Shown: one piece after another, positions 35,027-45,096 of the stretch
Layout: each line of letters opens with the position of its first letter
How positions within the stretch are numbered: position 1 is the first letter of the stretch
Origin: Pseudonocardiales bacterium
GTDB lineage: Bacteria; Actinomycetota; Actinomycetes; Mycobacteriales; Pseudonocardiaceae
DNA length: 64,000 bases
Direction of reading: 5' to 3'
Assembly: GCA_052390115.1 (NCBI GenBank)
Contig: JBQTHE010000035.1
Coordinates: 13,088-77,087, forward strand
Program-made: the position numbers and the translations under genes
Notes under the pieces: generated by a model
What the model was told of the DNA's origin: nothing
Database searches by the model: none
Seen by the model: only the letters and a program-made list of their open reading frames with translations

Positions 35027-36631
35027 TCAGGCCCCGACAGTCCGCGGTTCGGTGCTGGAGGCCTCGGCCAGCAGCCTCGTGCGAACCTCGCGCCGGAGGA
35101 CCTTGCCGGACGGATTGCGCGGCAGGTCGGTCGCGAAGTGGTAAGCGGTGGGGATCTTGTAGTCGGCGAGGGGGCGACGCAGGAACAGCATCAACTCGCG
35201 AGGGGTGACCGAGGCGCCGGGCCGGAGCACGACGCACGCATGCACCGCCTCGCCCCACCGCGGATCCGGCATTCCCACCACGGCGACATCGGCCACCGCG
35301 GGATGGTCACCGAGCTGTTTCTCCACCTCGGCCGGGTAGATGTTCTGCCCGGCCACGATGATGGTGTCGTTGATCCGGTCGCACAGATACAGGTACCCGT
35401 TCTCGTCAAGGTATCCTGCGTCGCCCATGTGCAGCCAGCCGTCGATGATGGTGCGCGCGGTGGCCTCCGGCTTGTTCCAGTAGCCGAGCATCCTGGCCGG
35501 GGTGCGGATGCACACCTGCCCGATCTGACCGGGCGGCAACATCCGGCCGTTCTGGTCGATCACCTTCAGTTCGTTGCCCGGGCAGGCTTTCCCCGCCGCC
35601 CGCAACAGCGGGCTGCCTGGCTTATGTGCCTCCGGCGGTAGGCACACCGCGACGCTGCCGGCCTCGGTGCTGGAATAGATCTGCCCGAACTCGCAGGCGA
35701 ACATGTCAAGGCACCGGCGCAGCAGTGCCTCGGAAATCGGCGCCGCGCCGTAGGCGATCTTGCGCAGGGAAGCGAACGTCTCCCTGGTCACTCCGCGTTC
35801 GGCCAGCATCATCTGCAGCATCGCCGGTGCGGCGAAGGTGGTCGTCACGCCCAGGGTCCGCACTAGCCGAACCGCTTCTTGAGGCTGGAAAAACCGCATG
35901 ACCACATTGGTCGCACCGGCGTTGAACCCGTGCATGAACCAGCCGATGCCAGCGATGCCCAAACCGGGCAGCGAGATGAGATTGACGTCGTCGGGCAGCC
36001 AGTCGATCCAGGACAGGCGGGCGTCTCGCATCGCGGCCGGCAACGTGAAGAAGGCGCGGTTGGCCAACACCACGCCCTTGGGCAGGCCGGTGGTACCGCT
36101 GGTGTAAATCTGAACCACCGCGTCATCCGGCCCAGCGCCGTCATCCACATCGGACTCCACAGCGCTGGCGCTCCAAGCACGCAGGCCGGAACCGTGGTCG
36201 CGGTCCCCGGGCTCATCGAGCCGGACTACGTCGCGAAGGCCGGCTAGGTCCGCCCGCACGCCCTCGACGACCCCCCAGAAGTCGCTTTCCACGAACAGGA
36301 GCTCGGCTCCTGAGTCGCGCAGTATGTGGTCCACCTCGTCGGCTGTCAGCCGCCAGTTCACCGGTACCAGCACCGCACCCAGTTTGGCGCAGGCCAGGAT
36401 CGCGGCGTAGTAATGCTCGGACTCTCGGGCGAGATAGCCCACTCGGGTTCTCCGGCCGACGCCCGCGCAGCGCAGCGCATGCGCGATGCGGTTGCTCGCC
36501 AGGTGAAGCTCCCGGTACGTGACGGTCCGGTCCTCGCAGATGATCGCAGGATGGTCGGTGCGATCGCGGGCATGGGCCGAGGAGGTCGCAGCAAGAGTCC
36601 ATCGCCTCGTCTGGTTCACCGGGTCCTCCAT
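35027..36631 (-). CDS. AMP-dependent acyl-CoA / acyl-AMP ligase (FadD-type)
   Basis: IYTSGTTGLPKGV, YGAAP, GWLHMGDAGYLDENGYLYLCDRINDTII, PRNPSGKVLRREV. Start at 36631 or 36655. Confidence 0.85.
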   Translation of the reverse strand: MEDPVNQTRRWTLAATSSAHARDRTDHPAIICEDRTVTYRELHLASNRIAHALRCAGVGRRTRVGYLARESEHYYAAILACAKLGAVLVPVNWRLTADEVDHILRDSGAELLFVESDFWGVVEGVRADLAGLRDVVRLDEPGDRDHGSGLRAWSASAVESDVDDGAGPDDAVVQIYTSGTTGLPKGVVLANRAFFTLPAAMRDARLSWIDWLPDDVNLISLPGLGIAGIGWFMHGFNAGATNVVMRFFQPQEAVRLVRTLGVTTTFAAPAMLQMMLAERGVTRETFASLRKIAYGAAPISEALLRRCLDMFACEFGQIYSSTEAGSVAVCLPPEAHKPGSPLLRAAGKACPGNELKVIDQNGRMLPPGQIGQVCIRTPARMLGYWNKPEATARTIIDGWLHMGDAGYLDENGYLYLCDRINDTIIVAGQNIYPAEVEKQLGDHPAVADVAVVGMPDPRWGEAVHACVVLRPGASVTPRELMLFLRRPLADYKIPTAYHFATDLPRNPSGKVLRREVRTRLLAEASSTEPRTVGA

Positions 36632-36651
36632 GATTGAGGTGTGCAGGAGTC

Positions 36652-39600
36652 TCAACTCGTCGGCTCGGCCGCCAACTGCCCGTTGACGAATTCGGTCAGC
36701 TGTTGCACTGACGGGTAGTCGAAAGCCAGCGAAGCCGGCAATGCCAGCCGGAAGGCCGACTCGAGGCCGCTCTTGACTTCCATGGCCATGAGCGAGTCGA
36801 ATCCGAGCGACACCAGTTCCGCCGTGGTGTCCACCGACTCCGCGTCGTCACAGTGCAGTGCGGCGGCGACCTTGCCGCGCACCAGCTCGGTGACCACGGC
36901 CAGCCGCTCCGCCTTCGGCTTGGCCAGCAGCGCCGTCAGATCCAGACCACTGTCCGGTGTCTCGGCGCGGCGCGCCAGCCGGGAATACAGCGCGTTCACG
37001 TTCGAGGAGGCCCTAGCGATCCGGTCCCAGTCGTACTCACCCACCACCCGCTGCGCCACCGACCGGGACAGCAACTGCCCCAGTGCGCGCAACCCTCGCG
37101 CTGGCGAGAAGAACCGGATACCGCCCCGTTCGACCTCGCGGCTGAGGTTGTCGTCAAGCCGGGCGGACATGCCGACGCTGGCCCAGGCGCCCCAGTTCGT
37201 GGCGAGTCCGGGCAAGCCCTGCCGTTCGCGCCAGGTGGCCAGGCCGTCCAAGAAGGCGCTCGCCGCAGCATAGTGGGCCTGAGTCACGCCACCGATCACC
37301 GAGGCGATCGAGGAGTACACCACGAAGAAATCGAGGTCGGGCAGGTCCCGGCTGGCTTCGTGCAGCAGCCAGCCGCCGTACATCTTCGGCCGTAACTGCT
37401 CGTCGATGACGTCCCAGGTCAGCGAGCTGATCAGCGACTTTCCGATCTCACCCGCCGCGTGCACGATTCCGCCCAGCGGATGTTCCCCGGCCCGCAGTTG
37501 GGCGAAGACCCTGGCGACGTCGTCCGCCGAGGCGATGTCGGCGGACAGCACGGTCACCTCGGCCCGCTCTGACAGCGCGTCCAACACCCCGCTCGCCTCC
37601 GGGGCCGGTGTACCGCGCCGGCTGAGCAGGGCCACGTGGCGCGCCCCCAGGTCGACCAGTTTCCGGGCGGTGACCAGACCGAGACCGCCGAGACCGCCGG
37701 TCACCAGGTAGGTCCGGTCAGCCCGCACCGCGAATTCGCCGGCCAAGGCCGGTGTGGTCTCGTCGGCGAGCAACCGTCGGACGTAACGCTGGCCGTCCCG
37801 GTAGGCCACTTGGAACTCGTCTGTGTTCTCCGCCCGCCACTCGGCGAGCAGGGCCGACGGATCGCTGTCCGCGGGCAGGTCGACCAAGGTGGCGCCGTAA
37901 CGCGGGTATTCGTTGAGCAGTGTGGGACCGAAACCCCAGAGGCTGCTGGCGGCCAGCCGCTCGCCACCGTCCGGCCGGTCGACGGGCAGCAATTGGGCGC
38001 CTTCGGTGACCAGCCACAGCCGCAGCGCCCGGCTGGGCGCGCCGTCCAGGGCGGCCACCACATCGAGCAGCTCCCGGTAGTTCTGCTCGCACTCGGTGCG
38101 CAGGCGGTCCGCGGACACCGCTCCGCCGGCCGGCCGCCAGAACCAGCAGGCGTCGGTCACTGACGGATCTGCGAGCGCCGCGGGCAAGGCGACCACACCA
38201 TCTACCGTGGACACCCGGATGCCGACTAAGTCCTCTTGCTCTGCGAGTTCCGGCAGGCGGTACCGATCGCCGTTGACGACCACCACATGTCGAGCCCGGA
38301 TCGTCGGCTGCGTGGTCGCGCTCTGCCGCAACCAACTCAGCCGGTGCAGGAAGTGCCCATGGCGGGCCGACCCGGTCGCGCGGGTCAGCATCACTCCGGT
38401 CAGCTCGGCGACCGGCGCCTCCCCCTCCAGCAGCAGGAGGTCCGCGACCCGCCGATCGTCCATATCGGATCGACCGGCACGCACCTTGGCCACCAGCCGC
38501 AACCGCCGACCGCGCGGCTTCTTGAACAGCCGGACCGCCTCGACACCGGTCGGACTGAACACCGGACCGTCACGGTCTACAGCGGTGAGCGCCTGCATCG
38601 CGCCGTCGAGCACCTCCACCGGCAGGTGCTCGACGGCGGCGGCATCCCGGCAGCCCAGGTCAGCAGTCAGCACTCCCTCCGGATTCGCGCGTACCTCGGT
38701 GAGCAGCCGGAACCGCTGGCCGTACCGCCGGTCGACCGAGGCGAAGTCGGTGTAGATGTCCTCGTGGCCGACCACCTCCTCGGTCGCACCTGCCTCGTCC
38801 AGCAGTGCCCGCAGCCGATCGCAGGGCACTGCAGGCGTCGCCGCGGTCGCCAGGGTCGCGGTGGCGTGGCGACGCTCCTGGTCGTCGACGGTGCTGACCA
38901 ACTCGACGTCGACATCGCCCTCGGCCGTGGGCACCAACCGCGTCCGCAGTGCGACGACGGCGTCCTCGGCCAGCGACAGCGGCTCGTGCAGCACCAGGTC
39001 GCGGATGACCCGCCCGGTGTGGCCGTAGACGGCGTCCTGCAGTGCCAGCAGGGCCTCGACGTATCCGGCGGCGGGCAGCATGACCGACCCGTCCACCACA
39101 TAGTCGGCCAGGTACTCCGGGCGGGTGGCCGAGCACTCGGTGCGGAATTCCCGGCTTCCGGCCGGCCGGCCCTCCGCGGCCGGCACCTCCTGACCAAGTA
39201 ACGGGTGGTGCACTGGACCACCCGTTACCGGACCCCGGCCGGTCTTCGCGGCTCCGTTGATCGGCAGCCAGCACCGCTTGCGCTGGAACGGATAGGTGGG
39301 CAGGGCCAGCTTCTCCAGCCGTCGGTTGGCATGCACGCTGGCCCAGGACACCGGCATGCCTGCGGTATACAGCTCGGCCAGCGAGCGCAAGGTGGTGTTC
39401 CCGGCCCGGTCGCGACGGTGCAGGCTGGCGAACCAGAGATGGTCCTCGCCCTGCAGACACCGCTTGGCCAGCGCGGTCAGCGCGGTAGCCGGACCGATCT
39501 CGATGAAGGCGTGGCGGCCTCGCCGTGCGGCCGCCCGCATGCCCTCCATAAACAGCACCGGCGCACCGATATGCCGCACCCAGTACTCCGGGTTGGCCAC

Positions 39601-41973
39601 GTCTACCCGCTTGGCGATCTTGCCGGTGAGGTTGGAGATCAGAGTGATGACGGGTTCGCGGAACGAGATAGGGGCGATGGCCGCGCGAAAGTCGTCGAGC
39701 ACCTCGGCCATCAGCGGGGAGTGGAACGCGTGGGAGACGGACAGCTCGTCGACCCTGATGGCGCGCTCGCGCAAGGTCCCGACGACCTTCGCCAGCGCGC
39801 CGGCCCCACCCGAGATGACGCACTGGTCCGGTGCGTTGATCGCGGCCAGTGCCAGGTCGGTGTGGTTGGCCAGCAGCGGAACGACTTCCTCCGCTGGGGC
39901 ACTGACTGCGGCCATGCCACCGGGCTCGGTGACCGACTGCATCAACCGGGCGCGGGCGACCACCAGCCTGACCGCGTCGGGCACGGAGAACAACCCGGCC
40001 ACGGTGGCGGCCACCACCTCGCCGATGCTGTGCCCGATGAGCACGCTCGGCCGGACACCCCAGGACATCCACAGCTGGGCTAGGGCGTACTCCAGGGTGA
40101 ACAACGCGGGCTGGGTGTAGCCGGTCTGATCGATTCGGCCGGCGTCGGCCTGCTCGCCGAGCAGCAGCGCGCGCACCGACTGGCCCAACAACGGGGCGAA
40201 CAGCAGGTCACACTCGTCGACCCGTTCGGCGAACACCGGGAACCGCCAGTAGAGCGTGGCGCCCATACCGGGGTACTGCGAGCCCTGCCCGCTGAACAGG
40301 AAGCCGACCTTGCGGACGCCGGCGGCCGGTGGCCGCTCGGTGCGGGCGATCTCCCGGTCGAGCACTCTGGCCAGGTCCTCACGCTCGCCGACCACGGCCG
40401 CCACCCGCCGGTTGAAGTGTGCCCGGCCCACGTTGCCGCTGTAGCAGAGCCGTCCGACGTCCACGTCCGGATGATTCGCCAGGAACCGCTGGTACTGCTG
40501 CATCTGGTCGCGGAGTGCCGCGTCGCTCTTGGCTGACATGGTGAAGACGGCCGGTTCGGACGCCGAGTCCGGCTCGACGAGTTCCTTGGTCGGTGGGGCC
40601 TGCTCCACGACAACGGCCGCGATAGTCCCGGCGAAACCGAAGCTGTTCACTACCGCGCGGCGGACCGGAGCCTCCCACGGTTGGCACTCGGTGGACACGC
40701 TGACTGGGTAGGTGGCCCACGGGATGCGACCGGAGGGCGTGTGCAGGTTCAGGTGCGGGTAGATAGTCCCCGACCGCAACTGCGACACCACCTTGATCAG
40801 TCCGACGAGACCGGACACCGGCTCCATATGCCCTAGGTTGGTCTTCACCGATCCGACGAGCAGCGGTTCATCCTTGGTGTGCGATTCGGCGAACACGTCG
40901 TTGATGGCGCCAAGTTCGATCGGATCGCCCAGCGGGGTCCCGGTGCCGTGCGCTTCGACGTACTGGATGTCGCCCGGGGCCAGCTGCGCGATGGCCAACG
41001 CGTTACGGATCACGACCTCCTGCGCGGCCCCGTTGGGCACGGTGAGACCGGCGCTATCGCCGTCCTGGCCGACCGCAGTGCCGCGCACCACGGCCAGGAT
41101 GTTGTCGCCGTCGCGCCGCGCAACCGACAGCCGCTTGAGGACGATCACGCCGCAGCCCTCGGCGCGCGCGTAACCGTCGGCCGCCTCGTCGAAGGTCTTG
41201 CACTGACCGTCCGGCGCGAGCATCTGGGCGTGGGAGAACATCACCGGGATACGCGGGTGGTGCAGCGCGTTGACACCACCGCACAGCGCGATGTCGCACT
41301 CGCCCCTGCGCAGGCCCTGCACGGCCATGTGCAGCGCGACCAGCGAGGACGAGCACGCTGTGTCGACGCTGACGCTCGGGCCGCGCCAGCCCAGGAAGTA
41401 GGACAGCCGCCCGGAAAGCGGGAACATGGTGATACCGGAGGCGAGGTGCCCGTCCAGCTCAGCGTAGGGCAGGGCGTCCAGTTCGAGTGCGTAGTCGATC
41501 GAGCTGGCCCCGATGTACACTCCGCCGTTGCCCCGCCGTAGCGGGGTCGGGTCGATGTTGGCATTCTCCAGGGTCTGCCAGGCGGTCTCCAGCAACATCC
41601 GCTGCTGCGGATCGACGTACTGCGCCTCCTTGGGTGAAATGTTGAAGAAGGCCGGGTCGAACAGGTCGATCCGGTCAAGGAAGCCGCCGCTCGTGGTCCG
41701 GATCTTGCCCCGATCGTCGGAGCCGTCCGGAGTGAATGCGGCTACGTCCCAACGGTCCTCCGGGATGGGTCGAATGCCGGAACGGCCGTCGCGGAGGAAC
41801 TCGCCGAACTCGTCGAAGGATTCACAGCCGCCGGGAAACCGCAGGCCGATGCCGATGATTGCGATCGGCTCGTACTTCTCCATCAGCAACCCGTGCACGG
41901 TGTCCCCGTACTTGCCGAGCAGGGTGGTACAGGCTTCGGGATCCGGCACGGTGTCGGTCAACTCGTACGGCAT
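36652..41973 (-). CDS. Single-module type I polyketide synthase, KS-AT-DH-KR-ACP
   Basis: KS: DTACSSSLVALH, EAHGTGT, KTNLGH. AT: GHSIGE and SHAFHS (malonyl-type HAFH). DH: HHPLLGQEVP and LDGAMQ. KR: YLVTGGLGGLGL and YSSIASVIGGVTQAHYAAA. ACP: LGFDSLMAMEV. No ER or TE domain. Confidence 0.9.
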   Translation of the reverse strand: MPYELTDTVPDPEACTTLLGKYGDTVHGLLMEKYEPIAIIGIGLRFPGGCESFDEFGEFLRDGRSGIRPIPEDRWDVAAFTPDGSDDRGKIRTTSGGFLDRIDLFDPAFFNISPKEAQYVDPQQRMLLETAWQTLENANIDPTPLRRGNGGVYIGASSIDYALELDALPYAELDGHLASGITMFPLSGRLSYFLGWRGPSVSVDTACSSSLVALHMAVQGLRRGECDIALCGGVNALHHPRIPVMFSHAQMLAPDGQCKTFDEAADGYARAEGCGVIVLKRLSVARRDGDNILAVVRGTAVGQDGDSAGLTVPNGAAQEVVIRNALAIAQLAPGDIQYVEAHGTGTPLGDPIELGAINDVFAESHTKDEPLLVGSVKTNLGHMEPVSGLVGLIKVVSQLRSGTIYPHLNLHTPSGRIPWATYPVSVSTECQPWEAPVRRAVVNSFGFAGTIAAVVVEQAPPTKELVEPDSASEPAVFTMSAKSDAALRDQMQQYQRFLANHPDVDVGRLCYSGNVGRAHFNRRVAAVVGEREDLARVLDREIARTERPPAAGVRKVGFLFSGQGSQYPGMGATLYWRFPVFAERVDECDLLFAPLLGQSVRALLLGEQADAGRIDQTGYTQPALFTLEYALAQLWMSWGVRPSVLIGHSIGEVVAATVAGLFSVPDAVRLVVARARLMQSVTEPGGMAAVSAPAEEVVPLLANHTDLALAAINAPDQCVISGGAGALAKVVGTLRERAIRVDELSVSHAFHSPLMAEVLDDFRAAIAPISFREPVITLISNLTGKIAKRVDVANPEYWVRHIGAPVLFMEGMRAAARRGRHAFIEIGPATALTALAKRCLQGEDHLWFASLHRRDRAGNTTLRSLAELYTAGMPVSWASVHANRRLEKLALPTYPFQRKRCWLPINGAAKTGRGPVTGGPVHHPLLGQEVPAAEGRPAGSREFRTECSATRPEYLADYVVDGSVMLPAAGYVEALLALQDAVYGHTGRVIRDLVLHEPLSLAEDAVVALRTRLVPTAEGDVDVELVSTVDDQERRHATATLATAATPAVPCDRLRALLDEAGATEEVVGHEDIYTDFASVDRRYGQRFRLLTEVRANPEGVLTADLGCRDAAAVEHLPVEVLDGAMQALTAVDRDGPVFSPTGVEAVRLFKKPRGRRLRLVAKVRAGRSDMDDRRVADLLLLEGEAPVAELTGVMLTRATGSARHGHFLHRLSWLRQSATTQPTIRARHVVVVNGDRYRLPELAEQEDLVGIRVSTVDGVVALPAALADPSVTDACWFWRPAGGAVSADRLRTECEQNYRELLDVVAALDGAPSRALRLWLVTEGAQLLPVDRPDGGERLAASSLWGFGPTLLNEYPRYGATLVDLPADSDPSALLAEWRAENTDEFQVAYRDGQRYVRRLLADETTPALAGEFAVRADRTYLVTGGLGGLGLVTARKLVDLGARHVALLSRRGTPAPEASGVLDALSERAEVTVLSADIASADDVARVFAQLRAGEHPLGGIVHAAGEIGKSLISSLTWDVIDEQLRPKMYGGWLLHEASRDLPDLDFFVVYSSIASVIGGVTQAHYAAASAFLDGLATWRERQGLPGLATNWGAWASVGMSARLDDNLSREVERGGIRFFSPARGLRALGQLLSRSVAQRVVGEYDWDRIARASSNVNALYSRLARRAETPDSGLDLTALLAKPKAERLAVVTELVRGKVAAALHCDDAESVDTTAELVSLGFDSLMAMEVKSGLESAFRLALPASLAFDYPSVQQLTEFVNGQLAAEPTS

Positions 41974-42278
41974 CCCACGCCCCCTCGGGACAACAGATCG
42001 GTCAGGTGTGTCACCAGGTCGCCGACCGTCGGGCGGTTGAACAGCACGGTCGCGTCGATGCCGATGTCCAGCGCGTCCTCCAGACGCTGTCTGATCTCGG
42101 TCAGTCGCAGCGAGGTCAGACCCAGATCGAAGTAGCTGGCGTCCAGCCGGAGTTCCTCGTCCTCCGGCATCAGCAGGAGACTCTTGAACTGCGCGATCAC
42201 GAGGTCCTCGAGTGCGTCACGACGCTCAGACCCGGGCAGTTGACTGAGCTGAGTGCGGGTGCGGAATGGTTGAGTCAT
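41958..42278 (-). CDS. Discrete carrier protein (ACP/PCP)
   Basis: FDLGLTSLRLTEI (phosphopantetheine Ser). 16-nt overlap with the PKS start. Confidence 0.75.
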   Translation of the reverse strand: MTQPFRTRTQLSQLPGSERRDALEDLVIAQFKSLLLMPEDEELRLDASYFDLGLTSLRLTEIRQRLEDALDIGIDATVLFNRPTVGDLVTHLTDLLSRGGVGCRTS

Positions 42279-42653
42279 CTCATATACGGTCTTTCGACGA
42301 GCGAACCGGACCAGTCTTCAGTGGCATCTGCCGCATTCGTCGATCCCAACAGTGCTCGCTGACACGCCGCTGACCGGGCGCTGATTGCCTGGCCGGGGAA
42401 CACGGTCGCCGTTGCGACGGACAGTGTCGGCAGCAGGCCGAGCCAACGCTCTGACGTCTGTTGGACCGCCAAGCAGGGCGCGTTGGACGCGCTGGCGGCC
42501 CCCACTCCTTCAGGGATGACCGGCGACGAGTAAAGTTTTACCACAAAGGTAATCGACGCCAGTCCGCCGCTGGGTCATACTCGAACATGCGGACGATGCA
42601 GTAATTCGGAAACCATTCTGGATATGTCCCATGAGTGTTACGGGGAGAGAGGC

Positions 42654-43025
42654 ATGAGCGACCTGAGTGCGATTATCGACAAGTATCTGGCTGTCTGGAA
42701 CGAGGTGGACGGGCGTGCGCGGCGCCAGAAAATTGACGAGTTGTGGGCGGAAGACGGCGTCTACGTTGACCCACTGGCGTCGGTGTCCGGCCCCGATGCC
42801 TTCGATCAGGTGGTCGGCGGTGCCCAAGGGCAGTTCAAGGGTTTGAAGTTCGTTCGCGGTGACACGTTCGATGAGCACCACAACATCGTCCGATTCACCT
42901 GGAACCTGGTACCCACCGAAAACGCCGAGCCTATTGCGATCGGTTTCGATGTGGCCGTCGTCGGCGAGGACGGTCGGATCCAAGGTGTCTACGGCTTTAT
43001 CGACAAGATGCCGGCGACCGCCTAG
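42654..43025 (+). CDS. NTF2/SnoaL-like small protein
   Basis: MSDLSAIIDKYLAVWNEVDGRARRQKIDELWAEDGVYVDP...RFTWNLV. Confidence 0.7.
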   Translation: MSDLSAIIDKYLAVWNEVDGRARRQKIDELWAEDGVYVDPLASVSGPDAFDQVVGGAQGQFKGLKFVRGDTFDEHHNIVRFTWNLVPTENAEPIAIGFDVAVVGEDGRIQGVYGFIDKMPATA

Positions 43026-43136
43026 ATAGTGATGTTCGCCGCGCTTTCGGTTCGCCGGGCGCGATAGGGCTGACACGGCTCTCATTGCGCCCGGCGGATT
43101 CCACCAACACCATATGGACGCACTGGTGCCGTCGTC

Positions 43137-43922
43137 TCAGAGATTCCGGAAGTACTCCGATGTCTCCTGGTCGGATGGGTAGAAGCTTTCGATGGCGAGT
43201 TCATCGACGGTGATGTCCTTGGGTGTGCCGAAGGTGGTCACCGTACTGAACAGCGACAGTTTACGGCCGTTGTGCAGAAGCTGCAACGGCACGATGACGT
43301 CTCCGGAATCACCTGCGTAATCATCCGACCCGTTCTCGCCGGGATAACCGACCAACTCCTGGTACAGCTCGCCAAGCTGGCGGTCGCCGGTCGCTCGCGT
43401 CTGCCTTTCCAGCCGGTCAAGCAGGTGTGTTCGCCACTCGCCCAGGTTGAGGATGCGCGACGCCAGTCCGCGCGGGTGCAGGCTGAACCGCAACACGTTG
43501 AACGGCTTGGTCAACAGATCGTTCGGTGCACCCTCGGTCAGAATGGCAACGCTGGAGTTGGCATCAACGAGGTTCCATCCGCGGTCCACCACGACCGCCG
43601 GATAGGGATCGTGTCCGGACAGCACCTTACGGATCGCCGTACGCACCATGGATAGTCGAGGCGCGTCAAGCTTGGACTCCGCGTAGACGGGTGCGTAACC
43701 GGCTGCCAACAGCAACTGGTTGCGCTCACGCAGCGGCACTTCAAGGTGCTCCGCCAACCGAAGGACCATGCCACGGCTGGGCACGGAACGTCCGGTTTCG
43801 ACGAAGCTCAGATGCCGGGGGGACACCTCGGCCTGCGACGCGAGCGCCAACTGGCTGATCTTGCGTTCCGCTCGCCATTTCCGCAACAGGTCCCCGACCA
43901 GGTGTTGTGGTAGCTGTGTCAC
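43137..43922 (-). CDS. MmyB-like XRE-family transcriptional regulator
   Basis: LRKWRAERKISQLALASQAEVSPRHLSFVETGRSVPSRGMVLRLAEHLEVPLRERNQLLLAAGYAP, plus a C-terminal ligand-binding-type domain (PYPAVVVDRGWNLVDAN). Confidence 0.8.
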   Translation of the reverse strand: MTQLPQHLVGDLLRKWRAERKISQLALASQAEVSPRHLSFVETGRSVPSRGMVLRLAEHLEVPLRERNQLLLAAGYAPVYAESKLDAPRLSMVRTAIRKVLSGHDPYPAVVVDRGWNLVDANSSVAILTEGAPNDLLTKPFNVLRFSLHPRGLASRILNLGEWRTHLLDRLERQTRATGDRQLGELYQELVGYPGENGSDDYAGDSGDVIVPLQLLHNGRKLSLFSTVTTFGTPKDITVDELAIESFYPSDQETSEYFRNL

Positions 43923-44146
43923 CAGAGCCCGGCTCCTGTCCCTGCACTGTCAAGCCACACTGAGACGCAAGCTCACCTAAGACGCAGAGTTCCCAGCTCA
44001 GCCCCCGGAGGCGGCCCAGGCTCAACGGTCTCGACCCGCTGGTCACAGTATGCCAGAGGACTTTACCCGCAATGTGCTTCCTCGAGGTGATCCCAGGAGG
44101 CGATCCCCAGCGCCGCCGGCTGAACGAGGGGGATTGCGGGGATCGT

Positions 44147-44190
44147 CCCACCGTACCGGACCTGGGCTGATGCAGGTCCGGTACGGTGGG
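44147..44190. other. Perfect 18-bp-stem hairpin in the divergent MmyB/TetR intergenic region
   Basis: cccaccgtaccggacctg (44147-44164), loop ggctgatg, caggtccggtacggtggg (44173-44190). Confidence 0.7.
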
Positions 44191-44294
44191 GCGCTCGGTG
44201 GCGGTCACTCGTTTGCGTGGTCGGACTCGCGCTGAGCAGGCTCCTTACCTCTGACGTAATCGATGTGCCAGACGTTCTCTGCGATCGTGTTTTC

Positions 44295-45014
44295 ATGACA
44301 CAGCCGCACGCCATGACACAGCCGCACGCACAGGGTGATGACGGAGCCAACTCCATGCGTCGGGTGAAGCATGAGGCGGTCCGCCGCCTCGCGCGCCGGC
44401 GGCACGTCGACCTGGAGCTGCCGGCAGTGGCACATGCCTTGGGCACCCACCCTGCCCAGGTGCGCCAGTACTTTCCGACCGAGGAGGACCTGCTGACGGC
44501 GCTCATCCTCGACGCGTACAACGCGATGGGCGAAAGCGCGGAGGAAGGCGGCAGGGAAGTCGAGGTCGCCGGAAGCCTGCTTGATCGATGGATCGCGGTC
44601 TGCCGAGGGGTGCGCCGATGGGCGTTGGACCACCGGGACGAATACGCGCTGATATGGGGCCAGCCGGTTCCCGGCTACAGCGCCCCACCGGAGACGATGG
44701 TTGCCGGTGCGCGTACTGTGCTGGCGCTGCTCGCGCTTCTCCGCGAGGCCCAGAAAAACGGTGAACTTGCGGAGCGCCCGGATAGCCCGCCGCTGACCGA
44801 TGGCATGTTTCGCAATGTGGAGATTCTCGCCAGTGGCTTGCTGAACGGGCTGCCGCATCCCGTCATCGCCCGCATGCTCGTCGTCTGGACCCAACTTCAC
44901 GGAATGATCGGCTTCGAGGTGTACGGGCACATCGTGGGCGTCGCCGCGGATCCCGCCGAATTCTTCGACTACGCGGCTGCATCCATGGGGGAGTACGTCG
45001 GACTGTCGCGTTGA
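44295..45014 (+). CDS. TetR-family regulator (WHG-type C-terminal domain)
   Basis: LPAVAHALGTHPAQVRQYFPTEEDLLTALILDAYNAMG, WALDHRDEYALIWGQPVPGY, VWTQLHGMIGFEVYGH. Start ambiguous (44295, 44313 or 44355) because of an 18-bp tandem duplication (MTQPHA x2) at 44294-44329. Confidence 0.75.
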   Translation: MTQPHAMTQPHAQGDDGANSMRRVKHEAVRRLARRRHVDLELPAVAHALGTHPAQVRQYFPTEEDLLTALILDAYNAMGESAEEGGREVEVAGSLLDRWIAVCRGVRRWALDHRDEYALIWGQPVPGYSAPPETMVAGARTVLALLALLREAQKNGELAERPDSPPLTDGMFRNVEILASGLLNGLPHPVIARMLVVWTQLHGMIGFEVYGHIVGVAADPAEFFDYAAASMGEYVGLSR

Positions 45015-45096
45015 ACGTCGTCAGCAGCACATCGATACCGTGCCGGCACCGGCGAAATAATCGAAGAAATCTTTTCTTTCTGAAGGAGATTTGGCT

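Noticed and set aside
42275-43085. ORFs 42275..42544(-) and 42510..43085(-) as genes in the PKS/NTF2 intergenic region.
   Set aside because: No motifs and poor coding character. The second is antisense to the well-supported NTF2-like gene. The region is better explained as a 375-bp divergent promoter region.
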